Positions 11,760 to 22,902 of a stretch of 64,000 nt of DNA are shown here, piece after piece. The DNA is from an uncultured Holophagales bacterium. Lineage in GTDB: Bacteria; Acidobacteriota; Thermoanaerobaculia; Multivoradales; UBA5704. How positions within the stretch are numbered: position 1 is the stretch's first letter; each line of letters opens with the position of its first letter. The translations under genes and the position numbers were made by a program. Location of the stretch: contig CAWJGT010000030.1 of assembly GCA_963842525.1 (NCBI GenBank), positions 53,163 through 117,162 on the forward strand, in the 5' to 3' direction. The notes under the pieces are model-generated. The model did no database searches and was not told the DNA's origin. It saw only the letters and a list, made by a program, of their open reading frames with translations.

Positions 11760-12063
11760 CGGAAATTCCTCCAGGGTCGGTAAGCACTACTCGTCAAACA
11801 CCCCGGAATCGTAAGGCAAATCCTCTTCGAAGGGGCCACAATCCGCATGCCGTCAACACAGGAGCGGCTGGCCTCCGGACGGCGGGTGAGACGCCGGAGT
11901 GGATCCTGTCCGCCACCGTCGGCGTCCAGCTTCTCGGCGGCGTTCCGCCATCCGGTGAGATAGCCCGCCTTCCTGCGACAGTCCCAACGTTGCCACCTGG
12001 CGGCGGGCCTGCCGGCAGACAGAAGGGAAGAAGGGGTGGGCTCGCCGTTCGAGACTCGAATAC

Positions 12064-12393
12064 GTGACCAACGCCGTGTCCCTGCTGGCGAACGACGGCA
12101 TTGGCGTCCGTGTGATCAACGACAGCGGCGTGGCGGAAAATACGCGCGTGGTGGTCTATCAAAACGGCGGAGCCGGCGCCACCACGGTCGCCGACACCGG
12201 TCGTGTCGCTGTCACGCCAACGTGGATGTGGGCCATGGGTCTCGCCGTCAAGAATCCCGGGGACGACTGGCTTCGCATCCAGACGACCTCCGAATCGCTC
12301 ATCCCGCAGGCAACGTTCGAGCGCGTCACGAGCACGACGTCAAGTCCGATCATGATCTATAAGCCGGGTCCCTTCCCGTGCTTCAAAGGCTAA
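12064..12393 (+). CDS. Small hypothetical beta-rich protein, possibly a fragment
   Basis: Coding-like codon usage, but no clear RBS and no recognised family. Confidence 0.4.
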   Translation: MTNAVSLLANDGIGVRVINDSGVAENTRVVVYQNGGAGATTVADTGRVAVTPTWMWAMGLAVKNPGDDWLRIQTTSESLIPQATFERVTSTTSSPIMIYKPGPFPCFKG

Positions 12394-12935
12394 ATCTTGA
12401 GCCGGCCGCGAAAACCTCTGGCGGCGTAGTACGAGTCAGCACCATTGTGATAAACGAAGACATGGTCATAGCGACGATCACAGAAGAGCGCGCCACCAAG
12501 GTCTCTTATCTTGGCTGGCGTTTTGACCCAGCTCGAAGTTTTCCTGTCGAATTCTCCGAGCTCTTGCAGCTCTCGATACTGTTGTTCCGTGAGTATCTCA
12601 ATGCCTATCGAGGACGCCATTTCGATAGCGTTCCCCTTTGGTTTGTTTTCTTTTCGTGAATCGAGAGCCTCGCGGTCATAGCAAATGCTGCGTCGGCCTG
12701 ATGGGCTTTCAGGTGAACAATCACAGAAAATGAGCTCACCGGTCTCCTCGTCACGGCCAACGACGTCTGGTTCGCCACCGGTACGTTCCATTTCACTGAG
12801 TACTTGGAGTTTTTTGGCGCTAGCCTTCAATTTCGCCTGCACTGAGTCCCAGTCGATTCCGGTGTGACGGCGCATGTTTTTCGCGAACCGATCTTTTAGA
12901 GTCTTGATCAACTCGTCACGGAGTGCTGCTTCCAT
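12390..12935 (-). CDS. DUF4256 family protein
   Basis: RF.KNM.RH...EMERTGGEPDVV...DCSPESPSGRRSICYD...YHNGADSYYAARGFRG. Visibly lower GC than the flanks. Confidence 0.85.
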   Translation of the reverse strand: MEAALRDELIKTLKDRFAKNMRRHTGIDWDSVQAKLKASAKKLQVLSEMERTGGEPDVVGRDEETGELIFCDCSPESPSGRRSICYDREALDSRKENKPKGNAIEMASSIGIEILTEQQYRELQELGEFDRKTSSWVKTPAKIRDLGGALFCDRRYDHVFVYHNGADSYYAARGFRGRLKI

Positions 12936-13169
12936 TTAGTTATCTCCCTCATAAAAACTCTCTTGCCGATCTTGCATCTTCATAAGTCGCGGGGTTCAGG
13001 TCTAAATCACTCAGCATCCGCAACTTAGAGAAGCATACACACATCGTCGGAAGGGGTCAAAGGCGGCGGGGTTTGGCGTATAAGCCCCCTGTCTTTTCTC
13101 GATCCTGGCGATTTCGGGCTTGACAGCCAGGAGTGAGCCTCTCTAACGGCGAGCTCGTCGGTCACCTGG

Positions 13170-13349
13170 CCGTCGCTGTACCGGATGGAGCGCAAGGGTT
13201 GGATTGCGGCGGAATGGGGCAGCTCGGAGCTCAATCGCCGCGCCAAATTCTACCGGCTGACGCCGCAAGGCGGTCAACATCTCGCCGCCGAGACGGAGCA
13301 GTGGGAGCGCTTCGCCGCCGCTGTTTCGAAGGTCCTGCTGCCGGCCTGA
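13170..13349 (+). pseudogene. 5'-truncated PadR-family regulator (acidobacterial type)
   Basis: [34 protein letters not shown]...W..F...V..VL*. The N-terminal half is missing, and it lies directly upstream of an ADOP permease. Confidence 0.75.
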
Positions 13350-13369
13350 GGCCGGGGAGAGGAGCGCCC

Positions 13370-16021
13370 ATGGCGCGCTGGCTGTGGAAGAAGAGCGTCG
13401 ACGACGAGGTGGCCGAAGAGCTGGATTTCCACCTCGAAATGCGTACCCGCGAACACATGGCGCACGGCCTCGATCCTGTCGCCGCGCGCGAGGCCGCGCG
13501 CCGCCGTTTCGGCAACTTCGAGGGCGTGAAGGCCACATGCCGTGACATCGGCAGGAAGAGGGACACCGACATGCGCCGCCGCGAAATCCTCGGCGAGCTG
13601 CGACAGGACGCCGCGTTCGCGCTGCGCCAGCTCGCCGCCAATCCTGGGTTCACCCTGATCGCCGTGCTGACGCTGGCCCTCGGCATCGGCGCCACCACGG
13701 CCATCTTCAGCGCCGTCAACGCCGTGGTCCTCCGGCCGCTGCCGGTGCCGCAGCCGGACCGGCTGGCCTTCGTCCTGACCGAGTGGCAAGGCCGGCCCAC
13801 CAGCGTCTCGGTCGGCAACTACATCGGGTTGGTCGCCGGGCAGCGCGTCTTCGAGAACGTCGGCGCAATGCAGTACTCCAGCTTCAACCTTTCCGAGGGC
13901 GAGGCGGCCGAGCGCGCGATGGGAGGGCGCGTCACGGCCTCCTTCTTCGACGTCTTCGGCGTCCCGCCGGCGCGCGGTCGTGTCTTCCGTGCCGACGAAG
14001 ACCAGCCGGGGCACGAGCAGGTGGTCGTCCTGAGCCATCGCCTGTGGAGCCGCAAGTTTGGCTCCGACCCTGCCATCGTGGGACGCGACGTGCGGCTGAA
14101 CAGCCTGCAGTACACCGTCCTCGGCGTCATGCCTCCCGAATTCGATCTCACGTCGGACAGCGAAGAGCTGTGGGTGCCAATCGCCTTCACGCCGGAGCGC
14201 AAGGCGATGTACGACCCGCACTTCCTGACCGTGGTGGCACGCCTGCGCGACGGTGTCTCGCCACGGCAGGCGGAGGAGGCGCTGGAGGCGATCGCGGTGG
14301 GGCTGCGGAGCAGCAATCCAGGCCAGAACGCGGGCCGCCCCTTCCGGGTGGCGCCCTTCGCCGAGCGGCTCGTCGGCGACTTCCGCACGCGCCTTTTCGT
14401 GCTGCTCGGCGCCGTCGGAGCCGTGCTGCTCATCGCCTGCGGCAACGTCGCCAACCTGCTGCTCGCGCGCGGCGCGGCGCGGGCCCGCGAGCTGGCGATC
14501 CGTTCCGCCCTCGGCGCCGGCCGCGGACGCATCGTCCGCCAACTCCTCACCGAGTGCGCCGTGCTCGCCCTCGTCTCCGGTGTTGCGGGCGTGCTGCTTG
14601 CCGTCTGGGGCGTGCGCGCCCTCGTCGCCATGGGTCCGCCGGACGTGCCGCGCCTCGACCAGACGCAGGTGGATGCCGCCGCTCTGGCTGTGGCGCTCGC
14701 CCTGTCGCTCGCCAGCAGCTTCCTCTTCGGCCTCGTCCCGGCGCTACGGGCCGCGCGTGGAAGCGTCAGCGGCACGCTCCGCGAAGGCGGGCGCGGCTCC
14801 GCCGGCGCCGGCCGCGACTGGCTGCGCTCCGGCCTGCTCGCGGCGGAGGTCGCGCTCTCCGTCCTCCTGCTCGCCGGCGCCGGCCTCCTCATCCGCTCCG
14901 CGCTCGAGCTGCAGCGTGTCCGGCCCGGCTTCGATCCGGCGGGCGTTCTTACGGCGCGTGTCGCTCTTCCCGAGGCCGAGTACCTCGAAAACGAGCGCGT
15001 CGTCGCCGCCTTCGAGAGGCTCGTGGAGGAAACGCGGCAGGCTCCCGGCGTGCGCTTCGCGGCGCTCTCCTCGCAGATCCCCATGGGACGCGGTAGCAGC
15101 ACCAACGGGCTGGTGCCCGAAGGCAAGCGGGACTCGCTGGAGAACATCGTCGACTCGCGCCTCGGCCTCGTCACGCCGGGTTACTTCCAGGCGCTCGGCA
15201 TCCCCATCCTGCGGGGCCGGGCGTTTACCTCCAGAGACCGTCAGGGCGGGGAGAAGGTCATGGTCGTCAGCGAGACGCTGGCCGCCGCGCTCTTCCCCGG
15301 CGAGGATCCCATCGGCCGCCGCGTCTCCTGCTGCGGAAGGGGACCGGACGGCGGTCCGGACCTCAAGGTCATTGTCGGCGTCGCCGGGGATACGCGCTCG
15401 CGCGGCCTTGCAAGCGAAGTCTTTCCGGAGTTCTACCTGCCGATGGCGCAGGCGCCGCTCGAAGCATGGAGTTGGTTCCAGCGCTCGATGTACATCGTAG
15501 CGCGCACCCAAGGCAAGCCCGAAGCCGCCATCCAGCCGCTACGGCAGGTCGTCGCCGGTTTCGATCCCGACGTGCCGCTCTACGACGTCCAGTCCATGGA
15601 GCAGCGGCTGGCGGGCTCGCTGGCGCCGGCGCGCTTCAACACGCTGCTGCTGACCCTGCTCGGCTGTTTCGGCCTGCTCCTGGCGGCGGGTGGCATCTAC
15701 GGCGTTGCGGCCTTTTTCGTGACCCAGCGCACGGCGGAGATCGGCGTGCGCATGGCGCTCGGCGCGACGCAACAGGACGTGCTCCGGCTCGTCCTTTGGC
15801 GGGCCATCCTCCCGGTCGCCGTCGGCGTGAGCCTCGGGCTTGCCGCCTCGGCCGCCGCGACCCGGGTGCTGGCGGCGAGCCTCGTCGGTGTCGAGCCCAT
15901 CGATCCGTTGACCTTCGCCGCCGTCATCGTCGTGCTCGTCTCCACCGCGCTGCTGGCCAGCATCTTTCCCGCGCGCCGCGCCGCGAGCGTCGACCCCACG
16001 CGAGCGCTGCAGGCGGTGTGA
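13370..16021 (+). CDS. ADOP-type duplicated ABC permease (MacB/FtsX-like)
   Basis: [10 protein letters not shown]...ARRRFG N-terminus, [45 protein letters not shown] before ATG 13370. Confidence 0.9.
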   Translation: MARWLWKKSVDDEVAEELDFHLEMRTREHMAHGLDPVAAREAARRRFGNFEGVKATCRDIGRKRDTDMRRREILGELRQDAAFALRQLAANPGFTLIAVLTLALGIGATTAIFSAVNAVVLRPLPVPQPDRLAFVLTEWQGRPTSVSVGNYIGLVAGQRVFENVGAMQYSSFNLSEGEAAERAMGGRVTASFFDVFGVPPARGRVFRADEDQPGHEQVVVLSHRLWSRKFGSDPAIVGRDVRLNSLQYTVLGVMPPEFDLTSDSEELWVPIAFTPERKAMYDPHFLTVVARLRDGVSPRQAEEALEAIAVGLRSSNPGQNAGRPFRVAPFAERLVGDFRTRLFVLLGAVGAVLLIACGNVANLLLARGAARARELAIRSALGAGRGRIVRQLLTECAVLALVSGVAGVLLAVWGVRALVAMGPPDVPRLDQTQVDAAALAVALALSLASSFLFGLVPALRAARGSVSGTLREGGRGSAGAGRDWLRSGLLAAEVALSVLLLAGAGLLIRSALELQRVRPGFDPAGVLTARVALPEAEYLENERVVAAFERLVEETRQAPGVRFAALSSQIPMGRGSSTNGLVPEGKRDSLENIVDSRLGLVTPGYFQALGIPILRGRAFTSRDRQGGEKVMVVSETLAAALFPGEDPIGRRVSCCGRGPDGGPDLKVIVGVAGDTRSRGLASEVFPEFYLPMAQAPLEAWSWFQRSMYIVARTQGKPEAAIQPLRQVVAGFDPDVPLYDVQSMEQRLAGSLAPARFNTLLLTLLGCFGLLLAAGGIYGVAAFFVTQRTAEIGVRMALGATQQDVLRLVLWRAILPVAVGVSLGLAASAAATRVLAASLVGVEPIDPLTFAAVIVVLVSTALLASIFPARRAASVDPTRALQAV

Positions 16022-16052
16022 GGGCCTGGCGGCCGTTTGATACGATGGGGTC

Positions 16053-16760
16053 ATGACAGCAGAAGACATCATCCAGGAGCTCGAGCCGCTGGGCACCGAA
16101 GGCTATCGGAAGGTGATGCGGAACCAGGGCGTTCCGGAGCCCATCCTCGGAGTGAAGATCGAGGAGCTGAAGAAGATCCAGAAGCGCATCAAGAAGGACT
16201 ACCAACTGGCATTGGATCTTTACGACACCGGCATCTCTGACGCGATGTACCTGGCGGGGCTGATCGCCGATGATCTCAAGATGACCAGGAAGGACCTCAA
16301 TCACTGGGTCGAGAAGGCGCACAGCGCCATCATCAGCGAGTACACGGTGCCCTGGGTCGCGGCGGGGAGCAAGCACGGGCGCGAGCTGGCCCAGGAATGG
16401 ATCGAGTCCGACAAGGAGACAGTGGCGGCGGCGGGCTGGGCGACGTTCAGCAGCCTCGTGTCCACGAAGGCCGACGCCGACCTGGACCTACCCGAGCTCC
16501 GGCAGCTTCTCCAGCGTGTGGAGACGACGATCCACGAGCAGCCGAATCGCGTGCGCTACGTCATGAACGGCTTTGTGATCGCCGTGGGCGGTTATGTGCG
16601 GGAGCTGACGGAGCTTGCCTTGCAGACCGCTGCGAAGATCGGCCGGGTGACGGTCGACATGGGCGGCACCGCGTGCAAGGTTCCCTCCGCCCCGGAGTAC
16701 ATCCAGAAGGTCCACGACCGTGGGTCCCTCGGGAAGAAGCGCAAAACAGCGAAGTGTTGA
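16053..16760 (+). CDS. DNA alkylation repair protein (AlkD-like HEAT repeat)
   Basis: GVKIEELKKIQKRIKKDYQLALDLYDTG..DAMYLA...VDMGGTACKVP pattern. Confidence 0.8.
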   Translation: MTAEDIIQELEPLGTEGYRKVMRNQGVPEPILGVKIEELKKIQKRIKKDYQLALDLYDTGISDAMYLAGLIADDLKMTRKDLNHWVEKAHSAIISEYTVPWVAAGSKHGRELAQEWIESDKETVAAAGWATFSSLVSTKADADLDLPELRQLLQRVETTIHEQPNRVRYVMNGFVIAVGGYVRELTELALQTAAKIGRVTVDMGGTACKVPSAPEYIQKVHDRGSLGKKRKTAKC

Positions 16761-16778
16761 GCGGTGACCGCGGCGCGT

Positions 16779-19214
16779 CTACTCCGCCCGTAGCGCCTCC
16801 AGCGGATCGACCTGGGCGGCGCGCTGGGCCGGCAGCAGGGAGGCGAAGAGGGCGACGCCGAGGATCACGGCCGGCACGGCGGCGAAAGTCAGGGCGTCGC
16901 TCGTCGACACGCCGAAAAGGAGGCTGGCGAGGAAGCGGGCGAGGGTGTAGGCGGCGGCGAAGCCGAGGGCGAGGCCCAGCGCGATCAGGCCCATGCCTTC
17001 CCGCAGCACCAGGTTGCGGATCCGCGCCGGCGTGGCGCCCAGGGCGAGACGGACACCGATCTCGCCGCGCCGCTGGTGGACCGCGTAGGAGAGCACGCCG
17101 TAGATCCCCAGCGCGGCGAGGAACAGCGCGAGGCCGGCGAAGGCGGTCATCAGGAACATCAGGAACCGCGGCTGCGCCCTGGAGGCGGCGAGCACCTGGT
17201 CGAGCGTGCGGACCTCGGAAAGCGCCAGGCCCGGATCGAGCCGCCGGACCTCGGTGCGGATGACTCCGGCGAGAGCGCCCGCCTCACCGGTCCCTCGGAC
17301 CACCAGGTTCATGTTGCGGTACGGGAATTGGGTGTGGGGGAAGTAGACCGCCGGCTCCACTTCGTTCTGGAGGGCGTTGTTCTTGACGTCGTCCACTACG
17401 CCCACGATCTCGAACCTCCCCTCATCGCGGATCATGCGCCCCAGGGGGCCGATGTTGCGGACCTGCGTGACCAGGGTCTTCCCGATTGCGCGCTCTTCCC
17501 CCCAGGCGCGGCGGGCCAGCTCACGGTTGACCACGACGACCAGGGGCGACTCAGCGGTGTCGCGCGTGTTGAAGGTCCGGCCGGCGAGGAGCGGCACGCG
17601 CAGGGTCTCGAAATAGCCGGGGGTCGCGGTGACGAACTGCGCGGTGGGCTCGTCGCCGGCGGAGACCGGCCGGTCCGGCAGGGTGTAGGTGATGAGCCAG
17701 CCGGGCTCCAGGGGAAGGAAGCCGGTGGCTCCCGCCGTGCGGACCCCGGGGCGGTGCTGCAGCGCGTCCAGCAGCCCGGTGTAGAAGCGGCTCACCTGGC
17801 CCCAGTCCTCGTAGGCGGACGGCGGGAGCTGCACGTTGACGGTCACCACACCCGCGGGCTCGAACCCGGGCCTCTCGGCGAGCAGCCGCAGGAAGCTGCG
17901 GATGAGGAGCCCGGCGCCGATCAGGAGGACCACCGCGGTCGTGACCTCCAGCACCACCAGGACGCTCCGGGCGCGACGGGCCGCCGGGCCGGAGCTCGCT
18001 CCTCTCCCGCCCTCCTTGAGCGTGCCCTGGAGGTTGAGGCCGGACATCTGGAGCGCGGGGACCAGACCGAACAGGATCACCGTGAGGAGGGTCGCCCCGG
18101 CGCCGAACGCCAGCACCCGGCCGTCGATGGCGACCTCGGCGAGGCGGGGGATGTCGAGCGGCTTCGTGGCGACCAGCAGCTCGAGCACAGCCCAGGCCAG
18201 GGCGAGCCCCAGCGCGCCGCCGAAAAGGGCCAGCAGGAGGCTTTCGGTGAGGAACTGCCGCAGCAGGCGTCCGCGGTTCGCCCCCAGTGCGGCCCGGATC
18301 GCCACCTCCCGCTCCCGCGCCGTGGCCCGCGCGAGCAGCAGATGGGCCACGTTGGCGCAGGCCATCAGCAGCAGGAGCCCCACGGCTGCGAGCAACACGA
18401 GGAGGGCCGGCCGGAAGTTGCCCACCACCTCGGCCTGGAGCGGCACGAGGCGCGCCCCCCAGTCCTTGTTGCTCGCGGCATGCTCCTGTCGCAGGTGTTC
18501 CGCCAGCGCCGCCAGCTCGGTCTGCGCCCGCTTCGGGTCCATGCCAGGGCGCAGGCGCGCCACCGCCTCCATGAAGTGGGCGTAGCGGCTGTGCCGGGCG
18601 AGGTTCCACGACAGCCGCTGCCAGACGTCGGTCTCGCGCGGGAAGTTGAACCCCGGAGGCATCACTCCCACGACCGTGTGGAGGTCGCCGTCGAGGCGGA
18701 CCGCCTTGCCCACGATCGTCGGATCGCCGCCGTAGCGGCTCTGCCAGAGCCGGTGGCTGATCACCACCTCGGGCTCGTCGCCGTGGAGCTCGCCTCCCGT
18801 GGGGAAGCCGCGTCCGAGCCGCGGTGCCACGCCCAGGACGGAAAAGAAATTGCCGGACACCTCGATCGTCGTGACGCGGACCGGATCGCCCTGCTCATCG
18901 GTGAGGTTGATCTCCGGCTGCCACCAGGCCGCGGCATCCGCGAAGACCCGGTCGAGGGCCCGGTAGTCGAGGAAGTTGACGGGGGAGAGCCGCTCGCGGT
19001 CGAGCCCCTCGGCCGCATTGGTCTCCCAGAGGGTCACCAGCCGGTCCGGGTCGGCATAGGGGAGCGGAGAGAGCACCACCGCGTCGACCACGCTGAAGAT
19101 CGCCGTGTTGGCCCCCAGCCCGAGGGCCAGCGCCAGCACCGCCGCGAGGGTGAAGCCGGGCCTCCGGCCGAGGCCCCGCAGGCCGTACCGCACATCGCTC
19201 AGGAACGTCCGCAT
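16779..19214 (-). CDS. ADOP-type duplicated ABC permease
   Basis: DVRYGLRGL...LALGLGANTAIFSVV, LLMACANVAHLLLAR, EIGVRLALGA and VDPLEALRAE. Confidence 0.9.
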   Translation of the reverse strand: MRTFLSDVRYGLRGLGRRPGFTLAAVLALALGLGANTAIFSVVDAVVLSPLPYADPDRLVTLWETNAAEGLDRERLSPVNFLDYRALDRVFADAAAWWQPEINLTDEQGDPVRVTTIEVSGNFFSVLGVAPRLGRGFPTGGELHGDEPEVVISHRLWQSRYGGDPTIVGKAVRLDGDLHTVVGVMPPGFNFPRETDVWQRLSWNLARHSRYAHFMEAVARLRPGMDPKRAQTELAALAEHLRQEHAASNKDWGARLVPLQAEVVGNFRPALLVLLAAVGLLLLMACANVAHLLLARATAREREVAIRAALGANRGRLLRQFLTESLLLALFGGALGLALAWAVLELLVATKPLDIPRLAEVAIDGRVLAFGAGATLLTVILFGLVPALQMSGLNLQGTLKEGGRGASSGPAARRARSVLVVLEVTTAVVLLIGAGLLIRSFLRLLAERPGFEPAGVVTVNVQLPPSAYEDWGQVSRFYTGLLDALQHRPGVRTAGATGFLPLEPGWLITYTLPDRPVSAGDEPTAQFVTATPGYFETLRVPLLAGRTFNTRDTAESPLVVVVNRELARRAWGEERAIGKTLVTQVRNIGPLGRMIRDEGRFEIVGVVDDVKNNALQNEVEPAVYFPHTQFPYRNMNLVVRGTGEAGALAGVIRTEVRRLDPGLALSEVRTLDQVLAASRAQPRFLMFLMTAFAGLALFLAALGIYGVLSYAVHQRRGEIGVRLALGATPARIRNLVLREGMGLIALGLALGFAAAYTLARFLASLLFGVSTSDALTFAAVPAVILGVALFASLLPAQRAAQVDPLEALRAE

Positions 19215-19564
19215 CGTCGCTCCTCCCGTCGGTTTCGTCTCTGGGGAGATCTTACGCCGCCGGCCCGGTTGAAGTTCTGTTGCACTTCCCTCTCCCGAGG
19301 CCCGCGGAGACGCTGAGGGATTTTCCCAATCCCCCCTGAGGTTTTTTACCCCTCTTTCCCAGTTGACGGATCGGCTGTTCTTCTGTCTACTAAATAGAAG
19401 CAGTAGCGACTAAGCTCATTTCCGGAGCCGGGATCGAGGAGGGGCGTGCGGCCATCTTGGTTTCCCTTCATCCGCTGTAATGAAAGCCCGATCGCGGCGC
19501 CGGTGAGATAGACAGGGCGTCCGCGGCAGTCCAGGTTTGAGCTCTTCGTTAGGGAGGAGAGTCC

Positions 19565-21390
19565 ATGCCAGTCAGAGTCAGCTATCCAGGCGTCTACATC
19601 GAAGAGGTTCCGAGCGGAGTGCGCACGATTGTCGGGGTCGGCACCTCGATCGCGGCGTTCCTCGGCCGGGCCGCGTCCGGCCCTCCGAACGAGCCGGTGG
19701 AGGTCAACGGGATCGGTGAATTCGAGCGCTTGTACGGGCCGGTGTCGCTGGTCTGGCCATTGAGCCTCGCGGTCCGGGACTTCTTCCAGAACGGCGGCAG
19801 CCGGGCGATCGTGGTGCGGTTGTACAAAGAGGCTGCCGGCGACGGGGTCGCCAAGCCCACGGTCGGAGACGAGACGAAAGGGCTCAAGCTCCGGGCGGTT
19901 TCCCCAGGTGCCTGGGGGGCGGATCTCCGCGCCGACGTCGAGCTCCTCACCCCGAGCGACGATTTGAAGAAGCAGCTCGGGCTGGAACTGGAAGCGGACG
20001 AGCCCCTCTTCAACCTCACCGTCCGGCATCCCGGAAGGGGAGTGGAGGAGAGGCTCGGCAACCTCGTCATCACCCTGAGAGATCACCCCCGGCGCGTGGA
20101 CAAGGTCCTCGCGGCCGAGTCGAGGCTCGTGCGGTGGGAGGGAGACTGGCCGACCGTTCAGGCCGATCTGCCCCAGGTGAACGACAAGGCGACGGACCTC
20201 GTCACGGCGAAGGAAGATGTGAAGCATGAGGACATCGCCGGCAAGAGCAAGGCGGTCGCCGACGGGCGGAAGGCGCTCATCGTGGCGCAGGCGAAGCTCA
20301 TTGAGGCGCGGGCGAAGTTTCCTGAGAGCTCGCCGGAGGTCCAGGCTGCCAAGGCCACCCTGACGACTGCCGAGCAGACACTGACCACGGCCCAGCAGAC
20401 ACTGGCCACGGCCGAGGGCAAGGTGAAGGAGGTGCGGGATAAGCTCGGGGCCTCCAACGGCGATGTCCTCGACAAGGTTGCCTATCTCGGCGATCTGGAC
20501 AAGAAGACCGGACTCTTCGCCCTCGAGAAGGCCGACCTGTTCAACCTGCTCTGCATCCCCCCCGATACCCAGGAGGGCACCACGCCCAAGGTGGTCGATC
20601 CGCCCAAGGAGGTCTATCAGGGGCTCTGAAATACTGCGTCGATCGCCGTGCCCTGCTGATCGTCGATCCTCCAGACAACTGGGACTCCGTCGACCAGGCA
20701 AAGAACGGCCTGAGTGACCTGAGTCTGACCGGTCCCGAGGCCCGCAATGCCGCCCTCTATTTCCCCCGCATCCTGCAGAGCGATCCGGAGACCGAGGGTG
20801 GGTTCCTGAGCTTCGTCCCCTGCGGCGCCATCGCCGGGATCATGGCCCGCACCGATACGCAGCGCGGCGTGTGGAAGGCGCCGGCCGGCGTGGACGCCAA
20901 TCTGAGCGGCGTCCAGGGGCTGGAGCTGAAGCTCACCGACAACGACAACGGGCGGCTCAACGAGGTGGGCATCAACTGCCTGCGCACCTTCCCGGTGACG
21001 GGCAACGTGGTCTGGGGGGCTCGGACGCTGCGCGGCGCCACCCAGCTCGGGGACGAATACAAATATGTCCCCGTCCGCCGGCTCGCCCTGTTCCTGGAGG
21101 AAAGCCTCTTCCGCGGCATCAAGTGGGTGGTCTTCGAGCCCAACGACGAGCCGCTGTGGGCGCAGATCCGCCTGAACGTCGGCGCCTTCATGCAGAACCT
21201 CTTCCGCCAGGGCGCCTTCCAGGGCCGGTCGCCGCGCGAGGCCTACTTCGTCAAGTGTGACAAGGACACCACCACCCAGAACGACATCAATCTGGGGATC
21301 GTCAACATCCTGGTCGGCTTCGCGCCCCTGAAGCCGGCCGAATTCGTGATCATCAAAATCCAGCAGTTGGCCGGCCAGATCGAGGCCTGA
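19565..21390 (+). CDS. eCIS tail sheath protein 1, frameshift at a G run near 20621, with a coiled-coil insertion
   Basis: YPGVYIEEVPSG N-terminus. After a frame switch: GVWKAPAG, WGARTL, YVPVRR, VFEPNDE and FAPLKPAEF. Confidence 0.9.
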
Positions 21391-22745
21391 GGAGCCGAGG
21401 ACACCATGCCAGTCACAACCTCCTATCCAGGCGTCTATGTCGAAGAGGTCCCCAGCGGCGTCCGCACCATCGCCGGCGTGTCCACCTCGGTGACGGCGTT
21501 CGTCGGCAGCGCCCTCCGCGGTCCGGTGGACAAGCCGGTGGTCCTCGGCAGCTTCGAGGAATTCGAACGGATTTTCGGCGGGCTGTGGCTCGACAGCATG
21601 CTGAGCTACGCGGTGCGCAGCTTCTTCCTGAACGGCGGCGGTCAGGCGATCGTGGTGCGGGTCCACAACGGCGCCAAGACCGCCGAGATCGATCTGGGCG
21701 AAACCAAGCTGAAAGCGAGATCGCCCGGGAAGTGGGGCGAGAAGCTGCGTGCCAGCGTCAGCTATCCCGCCCCGGACCTCGACCTCAAGGTCTACAACCT
21801 CCGGGTGCGTGACGAGGGGACCGGTTTTGAAGAAAGGTTTCTCAATATCTCGGCAGACTCGAGCTCGCCGCGCCGGCTGGAGAAGGTCCTGGCCGCAGCT
21901 TCACTGGTTGAGCCGGAAGGTACGATAGCGGCCAGCCGGCCGGGCGAGCAGACCGACAAGGCGGCGACCATCGGCACCGGCACCGACGGCGTGCAGATCA
22001 CGGACGCCCAGCTCAAGCCGGGGGTCCAGGCGCTCCGCAAGCTCGAGAACCAGATCTTCAACCTCCTGAACATCCCGCCGATCTCGCGGGCCGTGGACGT
22101 CGGGAACGACACGCTCACCGAGGCCCTCGCCTTGTGTGTGGAAAAACGCGCGATGCTCCTCGTCGACCCGCCGCGCACCTGGAAGACCGTCCCTGATGCC
22201 GTGACCGGCATGACGATCTTTTCACTCAGCGGCGACGAAGCCAGAAACGCCGCCATCTACTTCCCGCGCCTGCGCATCCCGGACCCGCTCCAGGAAGGGC
22301 GACTCGCGGAGTTCGCGCCCGGCGGCGTCGTGGCCGGCGTCATGGCGCGCACCGACGTTCAGCGCGGCGTCTGGAAGGCACCGGCCGGGCAGGATGCATC
22401 GCTCAGCGGCGTGCCGGAGCTCAGCCTCCCCATGACCGACCTGGAGAACGGGCGGCTCAATCCGCTGGGGCTCAACTGCCTGCGCGCTTTTCCCGTGATC
22501 GGCCGGGTGGTGTGGGGGGCGCGGACTCTGCGCGGGGCCGACCAGCTCGCGTCCGAATGGAAATACGTGCCGGTACGCCGCATGGCGCTGTTCATCGAGG
22601 AGAGCCTCTACCAGGGCACCCAGTGGGTGGTCTTCGAGCCCAACGACGAGCCGCTGTGGGCGCAGATCCGTCTGAACGTCGGCGCCTTCATGCAGGGCCT
22701 CTTCCGCCAGGGCGCGTTCCAGGGCCGGTCGCCGCGCGAGGCCTA
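21124..22745 (+). repeat. Near-identical ~120 bp direct repeat shared by the two sheath genes (21124-21245 and 22624-22745)
   Basis: TGGGTGGTCTTCGAGCCCAACGACGAGCCG...GCGCGAGGCCTA with about 4 mismatches, 1500 bp apart. Confidence 0.8.
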
Positions 22746-22890
22746 TCTCGTCAAGTGCGACAAGGAGACCACGACGCAGGCCGACATCAACCTGGGCATC
22801 GTCAACATCGTCGTCGGCTTTGCGCCCTTGAAGCCCGCCGAGTTCGTGATCCTCAAGATCCAACAGATGGCCGGCCAGATCGAGACCTAA
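21406..22890 (+). CDS. eCIS tail sheath protein 2
   Basis: Same sheath motifs: YPGVYVEE, GVWKAPAG, WGARTL, FAPLKPAEF. Confidence 0.95.
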   Translation: MPVTTSYPGVYVEEVPSGVRTIAGVSTSVTAFVGSALRGPVDKPVVLGSFEEFERIFGGLWLDSMLSYAVRSFFLNGGGQAIVVRVHNGAKTAEIDLGETKLKARSPGKWGEKLRASVSYPAPDLDLKVYNLRVRDEGTGFEERFLNISADSSSPRRLEKVLAAASLVEPEGTIAASRPGEQTDKAATIGTGTDGVQITDAQLKPGVQALRKLENQIFNLLNIPPISRAVDVGNDTLTEALALCVEKRAMLLVDPPRTWKTVPDAVTGMTIFSLSGDEARNAAIYFPRLRIPDPLQEGRLAEFAPGGVVAGVMARTDVQRGVWKAPAGQDASLSGVPELSLPMTDLENGRLNPLGLNCLRAFPVIGRVVWGARTLRGADQLASEWKYVPVRRMALFIEESLYQGTQWVVFEPNDEPLWAQIRLNVGAFMQGLFRQGAFQGRSPREAYLVKCDKETTTQADINLGIVNIVVGFAPLKPAEFVILKIQQMAGQIET

Positions 22891-22902
22891 GGAGAAAGGC
22901 AC

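Noticed and set aside
12945-13025. Possible remnant of a VOC/PhnB gene 3' end upstream of DUF4256
   Set aside because: Only scattered residues match across frames, which is too weak to call.
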